Positions 1-11,866 of a stretch of 64,000 bases of DNA are shown here, piece by piece (the stretch's first letter is position 1; the number at the start of each line of letters is the position of its first letter). A program made the position numbers and the translations under genes. Location of the stretch: positions 192,053-256,052 of the forward strand of contig CAWDSB010000008.1 in NCBI GenBank assembly GCA_963804905.1, written 5' to 3'. Under the pieces are notes generated by a model. It worked only from the letters and a program-made list of their open reading frames with translations, did not search any database and had not been told where the DNA came from. This DNA is from an uncultured Actinomycetota bacterium (lineage in GTDB: Bacteria; Actinomycetota; Actinomycetes; Mycobacteriales; Mycobacteriaceae).

Positions 1-737
1 TGGCCGGAGCAGTGCGGGCGGCGGAGGGGTCGAACATCCCTGTGACGGTGAAGTTCCGGATCGGCATCGACGACGCCCACCACACCCATCTGGATGCGGG
101 TCGCATCGCCGCCGAGGAGGGCGCTGCGGCGGTTGCGCTGCACGCCCGTACGGCGGCGCAGCGCTACTCCGGAACCGCGGACTGGAGCCAGATCGCCCAG
201 CTCAAAGCGCACGTCAAGGGCATCCCGGTGCTTGGCAACGGCGACATTTTCGAGGCCGAGGACGCGTTGGCCATGATGGCCGCCACCGGCTGCGACGGAG
301 TCGTCATCGGCCGCGGCTGTCTTGGCCGGCCCTGGCTGTTCGCCGAGCTGTCCGACGCCTTCGCCGGGCGGCAAAGTGTGACGTCGCCCACATTGGGTGA
401 GGTCGCGGCGATCATCCGCAGGCACGGCGGGCTCCTGACCGCCCACTTCGGTGAAGACAAGGGCATGCGCGAAATCCGCAAGCACATCGCCTGGTACCTG
501 CATGGTTTCCCGGCGGGAGCGGACCTCCGGCGGGCATTGGCGCTGGTCAAGACGTTAGGAGAGCTGGACATCCTGCTCGACAAGCTGGACCCTGATGTGC
601 CGTTCCCCGCGGCCGCCACCGGCCCCCGCGGGCGTCAGGGCTCGCCGGCTTCAGTGGCGCTACCGGACGGCTGGTTGGCCGACCCGGATGACTGCACGGT
701 GCCGGCCGGCGCCGATGTGATGCACTCCGGTGGGTGA
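1..737 (+). CDS. dus: tRNA-dihydrouridine synthase (Dus), 5' end cut by window edge
   Basis: Frame is open to position 1. TIM-barrel Dus signature is present (VKFRIGID, LHARTAAQ, VLGNGDIF). Position matches Rv0823c. Confidence 0.8.
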   Translation, partial: AGAVRAAEGSNIPVTVKFRIGIDDAHHTHLDAGRIAAEEGAAAVALHARTAAQRYSGTADWSQIAQLKAHVKGIPVLGNGDIFEAEDALAMMAATGCDGVVIGRGCLGRPWLFAELSDAFAGRQSVTSPTLGEVAAIIRRHGGLLTAHFGEDKGMREIRKHIAWYLHGFPAGADLRRALALVKTLGELDILLDKLDPDVPFPAAATGPRGRQGSPASVALPDGWLADPDDCTVPAGADVMHSGG

Positions 738-915
738 ACCGAGACCATCTCGACATTTCGTCTTTCAGGATCTCTCAGTACGATATGAATCTCCTCGTTA
801 TTGGCCCCAGTCGCGGGGCCACGGATATTGCCGCTACAAAGCAGGTGGCGGCAGGGCAGCCATCCACGCGCACCGACGCGCACGCTGCTGAAAAGGGTCG
901 GAGGCCGGTAGGGAC

Positions 916-2991
916 ATGAGTGACGGCGATAACGCCACTCCTGGCCGCCCGCGCGCGTCCGACTCGAACGGCGCTAACGAGTGGCTTACCCGAACTCCGC
1001 GGCCATCGCGAGCCGCCGCGCCGTGGGAGCGCGGATCTGGTCTCGAGCCCGACGATGACATGTCCCCGGCGACCGGCAACCACACCGACGGCGTCACCGT
1101 CGCCGACCTCATCGCGAAGATCACCGGCTCTGCGCCCTCGAATCTGCCGAGCCCGCACCACGGCGAGCCCGAGCCGGAACCTCCAGCACCGGCCCCGCCA
1201 CCGAGGAAGCCCCGGCAACTTCGGCCCCCGCGCCCCCGACCCGCGGATCTGTCCGACCCGGACACCGAGATCATCCCCGCGGTGTCCTACGCCGCCGAGC
1301 TGCCCGACCTGGCCGCGCTGCGGCGCGCACGCGCTGAGCGCATCGCTCCACAGCGGGTAGGCGAGCCCTCCGCCGACCCCGTCGACCCGCCGAAGAAACG
1401 CAAGTCGCGGCGCCGGGTCATGTTCGCCGGTCGCTCACTGGCCGCGATCTTCGCGGTGCTGGCGCTGGCGATGACCGGTGGGGCCTGGCAGTGGCAGTCG
1501 ACCAAGAACAGCATGCTCAATCGGGTCTCGGCGCTGGATCAGGGCTCGCGCGACATCATCGATCCCAACGCACAGTACGGCGACGAGAACTTCCTCATTG
1601 TCGGTGTGGACAGCCGCTACGGCCAGAATGCCGATATGGGCGCAGGTGACACGGCAGACGCGGGCGGCGCGCGCTCCGACACGATCATGCTGGTGAACAT
1701 CCCGGCAAACCGCGAACGCGTTGTGGCAGTGTCGTTTCCGCGTGACCTGAACATCGAACCGATGAAGTGCGAGTCGTGGAATCCCCAGACCGGTGAATAC
1801 GGTCCGCTGTATGACGAAGACACCGATAGCTACGGCCCCGACCAGGTTTACACCGAGACCAAGCTGAATTCGGCCTACTCCTTCGGCGGCCCAAAGTGTT
1901 TGGTCAAAGTCATCCAGAAGCTGTCCGGGTTGTCCATCAACCGGTTCATGGCCGTCGACTTCGCCGGGTTCTCCAAGATGGTCGACGCGCTCGGCGGCGT
2001 GGAGGTGTGCAGCACCACCCCACTGGAGGACTACGAACTCGGCACAGTGCTGCCCAACGCCGGCCGCCAGACCATCGACGGGCACACCGCGCTGAACTAC
2101 GTGCGCGCGCGGCAGGTGACCACAGAAACCAATGGTGACTACGGCCGCATCAAGCGCCAGCAGCTGTTCCTCTCATCGTTGTTGCGCTCGCTGATCTCCA
2201 AGGAGGTCTTCTTCTCGCTCAACAAGCTCAACAACGTCGTCAACCAGTTCATCGACGACAGCTTCGTCGACAACATCGACACCAAAGACCTGGTTGAGCT
2301 CGGTCAGTCACTGCAGAACATCGCCGCCGGGCGCATCACCTTCCTGACCGTCCCGACCACGGGATACATGGACGAGTGGGGCAACGAGCATCTGCGCGAG
2401 GAAGACAACCGGGCGATCTTCGACGCGATCATCAACGACGACCCGCTGCCGGAGGAGCGCAACGCCGACAACACTCCGGTACCCGGCACACCCGAGTCGA
2501 TGAAGAACACGACCGCAGAGTCGTCGACGGGCGAAACGCCAACGCCGGAGACGTCTTCCGACACGGGCGAGGTGGTCGACGCCGTCACCACCGACCCGAC
2601 CGCCGTAACCGTGCAGGTGTCGAATTCGACTGGCCAGGACGGGCTTGGCGCCACCGCCGTAACCGAACTGCAGCAGCACGGCTTCAACGTCGCAGCACCC
2701 GACGACTATCCGTCTGGCCCGCTGTCCTCGACCACCGTGTACTTCTCGCCGGGCAACGAGCAGGCCGCCGCCACGGTGGCATCGGCGTTCGCCGATCCGA
2801 CCATCGAGCGCGTCAGCGGCAAGGGCAACACCGTGCAGGTCGTGCTGGGGGCGGACTTCAATTCGGTCAAGCCCCCTCAACCAAGCGGGTCGTCGGTGCA
2901 GGTACACGTCCTCCATCACGACTCGGGCACCCCCACGCAACTGCCGCAGGATCTCTCCGTGACGAATGCCGCCGATACCAGGTGCGAGTAG
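916..2991 (+). CDS. LytR-CpsA-Psr (LCP) family cell-envelope protein with Pro-rich N-terminal region and C-terminal LytR_C domain (Rv0822c-like)
   Basis: 691-aa ORF. Pro/Ala-rich disordered N-terminus, one TM segment (LAAIFAVLALAMTGGAW), LCP core (LIVGVDSR, SDTIMLVNI) and a Ser/Thr-rich linker before the C-terminal LytR_C-like domain. Synteny with phoU. Confidence 0.75.
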   Translation: MSDGDNATPGRPRASDSNGANEWLTRTPRPSRAAAPWERGSGLEPDDDMSPATGNHTDGVTVADLIAKITGSAPSNLPSPHHGEPEPEPPAPAPPPRKPRQLRPPRPRPADLSDPDTEIIPAVSYAAELPDLAALRRARAERIAPQRVGEPSADPVDPPKKRKSRRRVMFAGRSLAAIFAVLALAMTGGAWQWQSTKNSMLNRVSALDQGSRDIIDPNAQYGDENFLIVGVDSRYGQNADMGAGDTADAGGARSDTIMLVNIPANRERVVAVSFPRDLNIEPMKCESWNPQTGEYGPLYDEDTDSYGPDQVYTETKLNSAYSFGGPKCLVKVIQKLSGLSINRFMAVDFAGFSKMVDALGGVEVCSTTPLEDYELGTVLPNAGRQTIDGHTALNYVRARQVTTETNGDYGRIKRQQLFLSSLLRSLISKEVFFSLNKLNNVVNQFIDDSFVDNIDTKDLVELGQSLQNIAAGRITFLTVPTTGYMDEWGNEHLREEDNRAIFDAIINDDPLPEERNADNTPVPGTPESMKNTTAESSTGETPTPETSSDTGEVVDAVTTDPTAVTVQVSNSTGQDGLGATAVTELQQHGFNVAAPDDYPSGPLSSTTVYFSPGNEQAAATVASAFADPTIERVSGKGNTVQVVLGADFNSVKPPQPSGSSVQVHVLHHDSGTPTQLPQDLSVTNAADTRCE

Positions 2992-3094
2992 CGGCTGCAT
3001 TAGCGGTGCTGGCAGCCGTTAGGCAGGCGGCATTCACCTTTCGTTCACTACGGACATCGTGACGATTCACAGGACTAGCCCTTAGGCTGGGCAT

Positions 3095-3763
3095 ATGCGA
3101 ACCGCGTACCACGAGCAACTCGACGCCCTGACCAATCAGCTCGGCGACATGTGCGGGCTGGCAGGTGTTGCGATGGAGCGCGCGACCCAGGCCCTCCTGC
3201 AGGCCGATCTGGTGCTGGCCGAGCAGGTGATCACCGACCACGAGCAAATCGCGGCGATGAGCGCCAAGGCCGAAGAGGCGGCGTTCGTGCTGCTGGCACT
3301 GCAGGCGCCGGTGGCAGGCGACCTGCGCGCGATCGTCAGCTCCATCCAGATCGTCGCCGATGTCGACCGGATGGGAGCCCTCGCGCTGCACGTCGCCAAG
3401 ATCGCCCGCCGCCGCCATCCGCAGCATGCGCTGCCCGAGGAGGTCAACGGATACTTCGCCGAAATGGGCCGGGTGGCAGTCGAACTCGGCAACAGCGCGC
3501 AAGAGGTCCTGCTGACGCGCGACCCCGAGAAGGCGGCACGCATCAGTGAGGAAGACGATGCGATGGACGACCTGCACCGCCACCTCTTCACCGTGTTGAT
3601 GGACAAGGAATGGAAGCACGGCGTCACCGCCGCTGTCGACGTGACGCTGCTGAGCCGGTTCTACGAGCGATTCGCCGACCACGCCGTCGAGGTGGCCCGC
3701 CGAGTCATCTTCCAGGCCACCGGCAAATTGCCGGACGAGGAACAGCTTCCAGCGCCGCGCTAG
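3095..3763 (+). CDS. phoU: PhoU-family phosphate signalling regulator (PhoY-like)
   Basis: 222-aa ORF with duplicated PhoU helical repeats. Rv0821c (phoY2) position. Confidence 0.85.
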   Translation: MRTAYHEQLDALTNQLGDMCGLAGVAMERATQALLQADLVLAEQVITDHEQIAAMSAKAEEAAFVLLALQAPVAGDLRAIVSSIQIVADVDRMGALALHVAKIARRRHPQHALPEEVNGYFAEMGRVAVELGNSAQEVLLTRDPEKAARISEEDDAMDDLHRHLFTVLMDKEWKHGVTAAVDVTLLSRFYERFADHAVEVARRVIFQATGKLPDEEQLPAPR

Positions 3764-3778
3764 CCGTTCACAGCGACG

Positions 3779-4705
3779 CTAGGGGCGGAGCACAATTTTT
3801 CCCTTCGTGTGCCGTTGCTCCAGCGTGCGGAACGCTTTTCGCACGTCATCGAGCGCGAACACCTCGGCGATCGGCACCTCCAGGCGGCCGTCGGCGACCA
3901 GCGCCGCCAGTCCGGCCAGCACGTCGGCGTTGGCGGCGTCGGCGTTACCCGCGGTCTGCACGTTGAACCGCTCGGCGCCGGCGAAGTCGATGATCGTGTC
4001 CACCCGTGTGGGAGCGATGCCCAATTCGTCGACCGCCAGCTCGACGTAGCCGCCGCCGAAGAAGTCCAGGAACGCGTCGATCCGGCCGGAGGGAGCGGCA
4101 GCCCGCAGCCGCCCGGCCAAGTCGTCGCCGTAGTTCACCGGGATGACACCATGCGCGCGCAGCCACTCGTCGTTCGACGGGCCTGCGATGCCCAGCACCC
4201 TGGCACCGGCCTCGGTCGCGAGCTGCACCGCGATCGAACCAACGCCCCCGGCGGCGCCCGCCACGGCCACCACGTCGCCTTCGGACAGGTCGACGGCACG
4301 TACGGCGGCGTAGGCGGTTGTGCCCGCCACATACAGCGCACCTGCCGCTTCCCACGTCACCGCTGCGGGTTTGGCCGTCAGATTCACCGCCGGTACGACG
4401 ACCAGTTCGGCGTGGCTCGACCGGTTCTCGGAGAAGCCCAGAACTTCATCGCCTGCGGTGAATTCGTCGACGCCCGGCCCTGTTTCGGCGACGACACCCG
4501 CGAGGTCGCTACCCTGTCCGGACGGAAAGGTCGTCGGGAAGATGTCCCGCATGAGCCCTTTGCGGATGGCCGCCTCGCCGGGGTTGATGCCTGCGGCCCT
4601 GACCTCGACGAGGACCTCGCCGGCCTTGGGTGCAGGTCGGTCGACGTCGCGCACGTCGAGCACGTCGATGTCGCCGAACTGATCGAATCGCACTGCCTTG
4701 GTCAT
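3779..4705 (-). CDS. Zn-dependent alcohol dehydrogenase / quinone oxidoreductase (MDR superfamily)
   Basis: ATG at 4705 begins MTKAVRFDQFGDIDVLDV, followed by a GAAGGVG Rossmann motif. The ORF-track frame continues upstream without a stop into a MarR-like sequence. Confidence 0.75.
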   Translation of the reverse strand: MTKAVRFDQFGDIDVLDVRDVDRPAPKAGEVLVEVRAAGINPGEAAIRKGLMRDIFPTTFPSGQGSDLAGVVAETGPGVDEFTAGDEVLGFSENRSSHAELVVVPAVNLTAKPAAVTWEAAGALYVAGTTAYAAVRAVDLSEGDVVAVAGAAGGVGSIAVQLATEAGARVLGIAGPSNDEWLRAHGVIPVNYGDDLAGRLRAAAPSGRIDAFLDFFGGGYVELAVDELGIAPTRVDTIIDFAGAERFNVQTAGNADAANADVLAGLAALVADGRLEVPIAEVFALDDVRKAFRTLEQRHTKGKIVLRP

Positions 4706-5117
4706 GACAGTTACCAACGGCACAGCCCTCGAGCTATTCCCCCGGGCTGATGCGCACACCGATTTTTTGCGCCGCCATGAGGTCCGCAGCACCTTGACCA
4801 GTACTTCCAACTCCGAATTCGGGTAACGCAGCAGGAAGTCGCGAAGCCCCTGAGCCATCTCGTCGTGCAGCTGACGGTGGGCTTCGGTGACGAGTTCACC
4901 GTCGGGGGTCAGCGTGAGTTCGATCTCCTTGCGGTTGCCCGGTATTGGTGAGCGCACCACCAGACCGGCCTCGACGACGCGTTGCACGTGTTTGGAGACG
5001 GTGCCCTTCAAGCTGCCCCGACCGCGATGCCAACCCGACCAGGCTGACGGGTCCGTCGGCGATGCCGGCCCGTAGATGCATCGACAGCGTCGGCAGGAAA
5101 CGCACGCCGTCGGGCAC
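4706..5117 (-). pseudogene. MarR-family transcriptional regulator, frameshifted, with no in-frame stop before the downstream oxidoreductase
   Basis: N-terminus lies in ORF 4896..5117 (…LVGLASRSGQ). Winged-HTH and C-terminus lie in another frame (KGTVSKHVQRVVEAGLVVRSPIPGNRKEIELTLTPDG…). Frames switch near a GGGG/CCCC run at about 5015. An alternative stop (tag) exists in the third frame after an A6 run at about 4765. Confidence 0.5.
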
Positions 5118-5135
5118 TCGAGTGGTGCTGACTCC

Positions 5136-5912
5136 TTAGCCGAAGCGACCCGAGATGTAATCCTCCGTCGCCTTCTCGGTCGGGTTGGAGAAGATCTTCT
5201 CGGTGTCGTCGATCTCGATGAGCCGACCGGGCTTGCCGGTCGCCTCGAGGTTGAAGAACGCGGTCTGGTCGCTCACCCGCGCGGCCTGCTGCATGTTGTG
5301 CGTGACGATCACGATGGTGTAGTCCTGCTTGAGCTCAGCGATCAGATCCTCGATCGCCAGCGTCGAGATCGGGTCCAGCGCCGAGCACGGCTCGTCCATC
5401 AGCAGCACGTCGGGCTGCACGGCGATCGCACGCGCGATGCACAGCCGCTGCTGCTGACCACCCGAGAGCCCGCCGCCGGGCTTGTCCAACCGGTCCTTGA
5501 CCTCGGTCCACAGGTTCGCGCCCTTGAGTGACTTCTCGGCGACCTCGTCGAGGGTCTTCCTGCTGCGCACGCCCTGCAGCTTCAGCCCTGCCACCACGTT
5601 GTCGCGAATCGACATGGTGGGGAACGGGTTTGGCCGCTGGAACACCATGCCGATGGTCTTGCGGACACCGACCGGGTCGACCCCGGCGCCGTAGACGTCC
5701 TCGCCGTCGAGCAGCACCGAACCGTCGACATGCGCACCGGGGATCACCTCGTGCATCCGGTTCAGGGTCCGCAACACCGTCGACTTTCCGCAGCCGGACG
5801 GACCGATGAACGCCGTAACGCTGCGCGGCGGGACCGACATCGACACGTCGGCAACCGCGTGGAACGACCCGTAGTAGATGTTGACGTCCTTGAGGTCAAG
5901 ACGCTTGGCCAT
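5136..5912 (-). CDS. pstB: Phosphate ABC transporter ATP-binding protein PstB
   Basis: Walker [13 protein letters not shown] signature LSGGQQQRL, Walker B LLMDEP. Last gene of the pstSCAB operon. Confidence 0.9.
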   Translation of the reverse strand: MAKRLDLKDVNIYYGSFHAVADVSMSVPPRSVTAFIGPSGCGKSTVLRTLNRMHEVIPGAHVDGSVLLDGEDVYGAGVDPVGVRKTIGMVFQRPNPFPTMSIRDNVVAGLKLQGVRSRKTLDEVAEKSLKGANLWTEVKDRLDKPGGGLSGGQQQRLCIARAIAVQPDVLLMDEPCSALDPISTLAIEDLIAELKQDYTIVIVTHNMQQAARVSDQTAFFNLEATGKPGRLIEIDDTEKIFSNPTEKATEDYISGRFG

Positions 5913-5924
5913 CTGCGTTGACTC

Positions 5925-6842
5925 CTAAACCTTCTTGGGGGCGAAGAACTTGGCGATGAACCGCGCGCCGATATTGAGCAACGCGATCAGCACGATGAGG
6001 GTGAACGCGGCGCCCCAAAGCCGGTCCGTGGGAACCGGATTGGCGCCTGCACCGGCCGACGTCTGGTCATACATCATGCCCGGCAGCGATCCCATGAATC
6101 CGTTGAACATGTCGAAGTTCATCGCCTGCGAGTAGCCGACCAAAATCAGCAGCGGCGCCGTCTCCCCCATCACGCGTGCCAGCGCAAGCAGAATCCCGGT
6201 GACGATGCCCGAAAGCGCGGTCGGAAGCACAATGGCGGAAATGGTTTTCCACTTCGGCACGCCGAGTGCGTAGCTTGCTTCGCGCAGGTCCATCGGGACG
6301 ATCCGAAGCATCTCCTCGGTGGAGCGCACGATCACCGGGATCATCAACAGCACCAGTGCCAGCGAGACTGCGAAACCCGACCGCTGGAAACCGAGCGTCG
6401 CCACCCACAGCGCGTAGATGAAAAGTGCGGCGACGATGGACGGCACACCGGTGAGGATGTCCACCATGAAGGTGGTCACCTTGCCGAGCCTGGTCCCGCC
6501 CCCGTACTCGACCAGGTAGATGCCGACGAACACGCCGATCGGGATCGAGATGATCGCACACACCAAGCCCTGCAACAGAGTTCCGATGATCGCGTGGTAC
6601 GCGCCGCCACCTGCCTGGAACGCCGTCATACCGGCCTGCGAGTGGAACCACCACTCGCTGGACGTGACGGCGCCGAAGCCCTTCACCAAGACGGTGTAGA
6701 GCACCCACACCAACGGCACCAACGCGATCGCCACGGACAGCGTCACCAAAACGGTCGCAATGTTGTTGGTGACCTTCCGGCGCAGGCTCAGCTTCTGAAA
6801 CGTCGGCGCCTTGACCGGCTGATCCAGAGTCGTGGCCGTCAT
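5925..6842 (-). CDS. pstA: Phosphate ABC transporter permease PstA
   Basis: Internal ATG (MTATTLDQ…) overlaps the pstC stop by 1 nt. Six TM helices and a permease EAA-like loop. The 170-aa N-terminal extension in the ORF track overlaps pstC out of frame and was discarded. Confidence 0.85.
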   Translation of the reverse strand: MTATTLDQPVKAPTFQKLSLRRKVTNNIATVLVTLSVAIALVPLVWVLYTVLVKGFGAVTSSEWWFHSQAGMTAFQAGGGAYHAIIGTLLQGLVCAIISIPIGVFVGIYLVEYGGGTRLGKVTTFMVDILTGVPSIVAALFIYALWVATLGFQRSGFAVSLALVLLMIPVIVRSTEEMLRIVPMDLREASYALGVPKWKTISAIVLPTALSGIVTGILLALARVMGETAPLLILVGYSQAMNFDMFNGFMGSLPGMMYDQTSAGAGANPVPTDRLWGAAFTLIVLIALLNIGARFIAKFFAPKKV

Positions 6843-7906
6843 CACTTGCTCCTTCCGGCGACAGCCGCCCGCGCCAGCGAGTTCACGACGAACGTCAGGA
6901 TGAAGAGGACGAGGCCGGCCGCAATGTAGGCGCCCGCCTTGTACTGGTCGTTGAATTCCGAAGCCGCAGCGGCGATCTTGCTCGCGAACGTGTAGCCGGC
7001 GTCGAACAGCGACCAGCCGAACGCCTGCTGCGTGCCGCGCAGGATGATCAGCAGGGCGATGGTCTCGCCGAGCGCGCGACCGAGGCCGAGCATCGCGCCG
7101 CTGATGTAGCCCGACAACCCAAACGGCAGCACAGTGGTCTTCACGACCTCCCAACGGGTCGCGCCGAGGGCCAGGGCCGCTTCGATATGGCCGCGCGGTG
7201 TCTGGATGAACACCTCGCGGGTGACCGCGGTGATGATCGGCAGGATCATCACCGCCAGCACGATCCCGGCGGTGAATATCGTGCCACCGCCGGCAACCGA
7301 GGCATTGCCCGTCTGGAACAGGAATAGCCAACTCAGGTTTCCGTTCAGCCACGTGGCGAACGGCTTGAGCACCGGGGCAAGCACGTAAAGCCCCCAGACG
7401 CCGTAGATGATCGACGGCACTGCGGCCAGCAGGTCCACCATGTACGCCAGCGGACCGGACACCCGGCGAGGCGCGTACTGCGTCAAAAAGATCGCGATCC
7501 CGAGCGCCACCGGCATCGCCAGCAGAAGCGCGAACACCGACACGAACACGGTGACCTGCAGCAGATCCAGGATGCCGAAATGCATAGCCGACGTGTCGGT
7601 GGTGACCCAGTTCCCGCCGAAGAGGAAGAAGTTCTCCTCGTTGCGTGCCAGCGCCGGGATGGCGCGCCAGAGCAGGAACGCACCGATCGCCGCGATGATG
7701 ACGACGATGAGAACACCGGACCCCTCGGCGAGGCCGCGGAAGATCCGGTCCCCGGGCAGCACCTTGGCGTTCTTCGACGGGTCGGTGGAGATGGGTGCCG
7801 GTTCGGGAAAGGGTGAAGCGATAACTTCACCCGAACCCGCGTCGGCTGGGTTGGGCAGCCCGCTAGATTCCGTCACATCGAGCCTATCGGTCATCGGTTC
7901 CGGCAC
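6842..7906 (-). CDS. pstC: Phosphate ABC transporter permease PstC
   Basis: 354-aa polytopic membrane protein between pstS and pstA. Overlapping stop/start implies translational coupling. Confidence 0.85.
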   Translation of the reverse strand: MPEPMTDRLDVTESSGLPNPADAGSGEVIASPFPEPAPISTDPSKNAKVLPGDRIFRGLAEGSGVLIVVIIAAIGAFLLWRAIPALARNEENFFLFGGNWVTTDTSAMHFGILDLLQVTVFVSVFALLLAMPVALGIAIFLTQYAPRRVSGPLAYMVDLLAAVPSIIYGVWGLYVLAPVLKPFATWLNGNLSWLFLFQTGNASVAGGGTIFTAGIVLAVMILPIITAVTREVFIQTPRGHIEAALALGATRWEVVKTTVLPFGLSGYISGAMLGLGRALGETIALLIILRGTQQAFGWSLFDAGYTFASKIAAAASEFNDQYKAGAYIAAGLVLFILTFVVNSLARAAVAGRSK

Positions 7907-7942
7907 CCATCCTCACCGCATTTGAGCTGTCGCGCCGGGTAA

Positions 7943-9073
7943 CTAGGCAATTGCGTCGACGGACTTCAGGAGTCGCTCCTTGAATGCGTCCGGCAGCGGA
8001 ACGTAACCCGCCGCAGAAAGGTTGGCCTGGCCCTGGTTGGCCGCGACCGTCACGAACGACTTCACGCCTGCGGCGGTGTCCGCGTCATAGCCTTTGGAGC
8101 AGACGATCTCGTAGGTCGCCAGCATCAGCGGGTAGACGCCGGCCTCCTTGCTCGCGTACAGCGCGTTCAGGTCGAGCGTCAGGTCCATGCCTTCGGCCTT
8201 GAACTTGGCGGTGTCGACGGCCTTCTGGGTCGACTCGTCGGTGAGCTCGACGGCCCCGCCCCCGCTGTCGATCTGAGCCATCTTCAGGCCGGCCTGCTGC
8301 GCGAAACCCTTCTCCACGTAGCCGATGGAACCCGGCGTGGCCTGGATGGCCTGCACGACACCGGCCGACTTCTGCGCACCCTCACCAGCGCCGCCCTGGA
8401 ACTCCTTGCCGGCGCCCTTGGTCCACGCCGGCGGTGCGGAAGCAGCCAGGTATTTCTGGAAGTTGTCCGTGGTGCCCGAGGAATCCGAACGGTAGATCGG
8501 CTTGATGTCGGCGTCGGGCAGGGTAGCGCCGGGGTTCAGCTCGGCGATCGCCGGGTCGTTCCACTTCTTGATCTGGCCCTGGAAGATCTTGGCCAGCACG
8601 TCACCGTTGACGACGAGCTTGTCGGCGCCCTCGACGTTGAAGGCCATCGCCACAGGCCCGAACACCAGCGGGAGGTTCCACGCCGGGTTGCCGCCGCAGC
8701 GTTCCGCGGCCTTTCCGTTCTGATCGTCCCTTAGCGCCGAGTCGGAGCCGGCGAAGTCGACCTGTTTGGCGATGAACTGGTCAACGCCTGCGCCGGAGCC
8801 GGTCGGGTTGTAGGCCAGCGTCTTGCCCGCGCAGACCTGACCCCAGACCTTGTTGAACTCCGCGATCGCGTTCTGCTGAGCCGTCGAACCCTCGGCGGTA
8901 AGCGAGTTCTTGCCGCCGCACTCGGCGGCGGACGATGCGGTGCCCGACGCACCGGAGGAACTGCTGCTCGTTCCGGCGTTGTTGTCGCTGCCGCATCCGG
9001 ACAGCGTCAGCGCGACAAGTGCCGTCGCAGAGAGTGTCGTACCGAACGCCTTGCCAATGCTGTTGAGCTTCAC
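7943..9073 (-). CDS. pstS: Phosphate-binding lipoprotein PstS
   Basis: Signal peptide plus lipobox LTLSGCGS. PBP-like fold motifs. First gene of the pst operon. Confidence 0.9.
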   Translation of the reverse strand: MKLNSIGKAFGTTLSATALVALTLSGCGSDNNAGTSSSSSGASGTASSAAECGGKNSLTAEGSTAQQNAIAEFNKVWGQVCAGKTLAYNPTGSGAGVDQFIAKQVDFAGSDSALRDDQNGKAAERCGGNPAWNLPLVFGPVAMAFNVEGADKLVVNGDVLAKIFQGQIKKWNDPAIAELNPGATLPDADIKPIYRSDSSGTTDNFQKYLAASAPPAWTKGAGKEFQGGAGEGAQKSAGVVQAIQATPGSIGYVEKGFAQQAGLKMAQIDSGGGAVELTDESTQKAVDTAKFKAEGMDLTLDLNALYASKEAGVYPLMLATYEIVCSKGYDADTAAGVKSFVTVAANQGQANLSAAGYVPLPDAFKERLLKSVDAIA

Positions 9074-9160
9074 TTAATCCCACTTTCCCTTGACGGCTTT
9101 TGACGGCTTCAGACTCTCCGGCAACGTATGCGGCCGCGGTGGACGCCCGAGGGATGGAAA

Positions 9161-9185
9161 GTGAACGAACGGTGAACACGTTCAG
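9161..9185 (-). promoter_or_regulatory. Candidate RegX3/Pho-box-like repeat about 90-110 bp upstream of pstS
   Basis: GTGAAC-n5-GTGAAC direct repeat with 11-bp periodicity, overlapping the TGAACACGTTCA inverted repeat. Confidence 0.35.
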
Positions 9186-9205
9186 CTAATTTCCAGCTCG
9201 TGCGG

Positions 9206-10902
<1,697 letters not shown>

Positions 10903-10933
10903 CGGGCCCTCCAGGCGCAGGTCAGATATTTAC

Positions 10934-10947
10934 GGACAGCTCTGTCC
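10934..10947. promoter_or_regulatory. 14-bp palindrome GGACAGCTCTGTCC in the glnR/lmeA divergent intergenic region
   Basis: Perfect 6-bp arms with a 2-bp spacer. Same half-site as the palindromes at 59338 and 59496. Confidence 0.25.
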
Positions 10948-11041
10948 GGGATACCTCCCAGATTCTTGGCCGACATCTGGCCGTTACCGGTGCCATAACG
11001 ATAACCCGTCACCTGCTGATTAGCCGCGCCGAGCGGGCGCA

Positions 11042-11866
11042 GTGGACGGGGTGGGCCAGAATGTCCGGGTGCGCAAGCTGCTTATTGGGTTGATATCGGC
11101 CGTGGCCGCGGTGGCGATCGCGGCGGTCGGTGTCGACTTCGGCGCGGCGATCTATGCCGAATACCGCCTGGCCAGGGCGGTTCGCAGCGAAGCGCAGCTC
11201 ACCTTCGATCCGTGGGTCGGCATTATCGGGTTCCCCTTCATTTCGCAGGCGAAGGATCGCCACTACGGCCAGATCGAGATTCGCGCCAATGGCGTCGATC
11301 ACCCCGTCGTGGGCAAGGCGTCGTATGAGGCCACCCTGTACTCGGTCGGCCTGCCCAAGAACTCCTGGCTGATCGACGCGAACACCGAACTGCCCGTGGG
11401 CAAGGCGGAAAGCCGCATCATCATCGACTCCACCCATGTCGGCCGCTTCATGGGCATCCCGGACCTGTTGGTAGAGGCACCGGCCAAAGAAACCAACAAC
11501 GCCACCGGCGGCACCACCGAGTCCGGTATCTCCGGCAACAAGGGACTGGTTTTCACCGGCACCCCGAAGGCCGCCGAGTACAACGAGAAAGTCAGCGTGT
11601 CAGTGGACCTCTCCGTATCAGGCCAGAACCAGACCACGCTCGTGTTCACCGCCACCGGCGTACTCACCGGCGCGGGCACCGCCGACCAGCAGGTGCCCGA
11701 GGACAAGACGGCCGCCGTGCTGGCCGCCTTCACCACCACCATGCCGGGGCTGAAGCTGCCCTTCGGCATCGCGCCGACCAGCGAGGGAGCGCGCGGATCC
11801 GACGTCATCATCGAGGGCATCGCCGAGGGAGTAACCATCACGCTGGATGAGTTCACTCAATCATGA
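11042..11866 (+). CDS. lmeA: DUF2993-family cell-envelope protein (LmeA/Rv0817c-like)
   Basis: N-terminal TM/signal anchor (LLIGLISAVAAVAIAAVGV). Conserved exported protein divergent from glnR, as in M. smegmatis and Mtb. Confidence 0.55.
   Translation: MDGVGQNVRVRKLLIGLISAVAAVAIAAVGVDFGAAIYAEYRLARAVRSEAQLTFDPWVGIIGFPFISQAKDRHYGQIEIRANGVDHPVVGKASYEATLYSVGLPKNSWLIDANTELPVGKAESRIIIDSTHVGRFMGIPDLLVEAPAKETNNATGGTTESGISGNKGLVFTGTPKAAEYNEKVSVSVDLSVSGQNQTTLVFTATGVLTGAGTADQQVPEDKTAAVLAAFTTTMPGLKLPFGIAPTSEGARGSDVIIEGIAEGVTITLDEFTQS

Noticed and set aside
5925-7352. 475-aa version of pstA in the ORF track
   Set aside because: The first 170 codons overlap pstC out of frame and are Arg/His/Pro-rich. 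The internal ATG (MTATTLDQ) overlapping the pstC stop gives a canonical 305-aa PstA.
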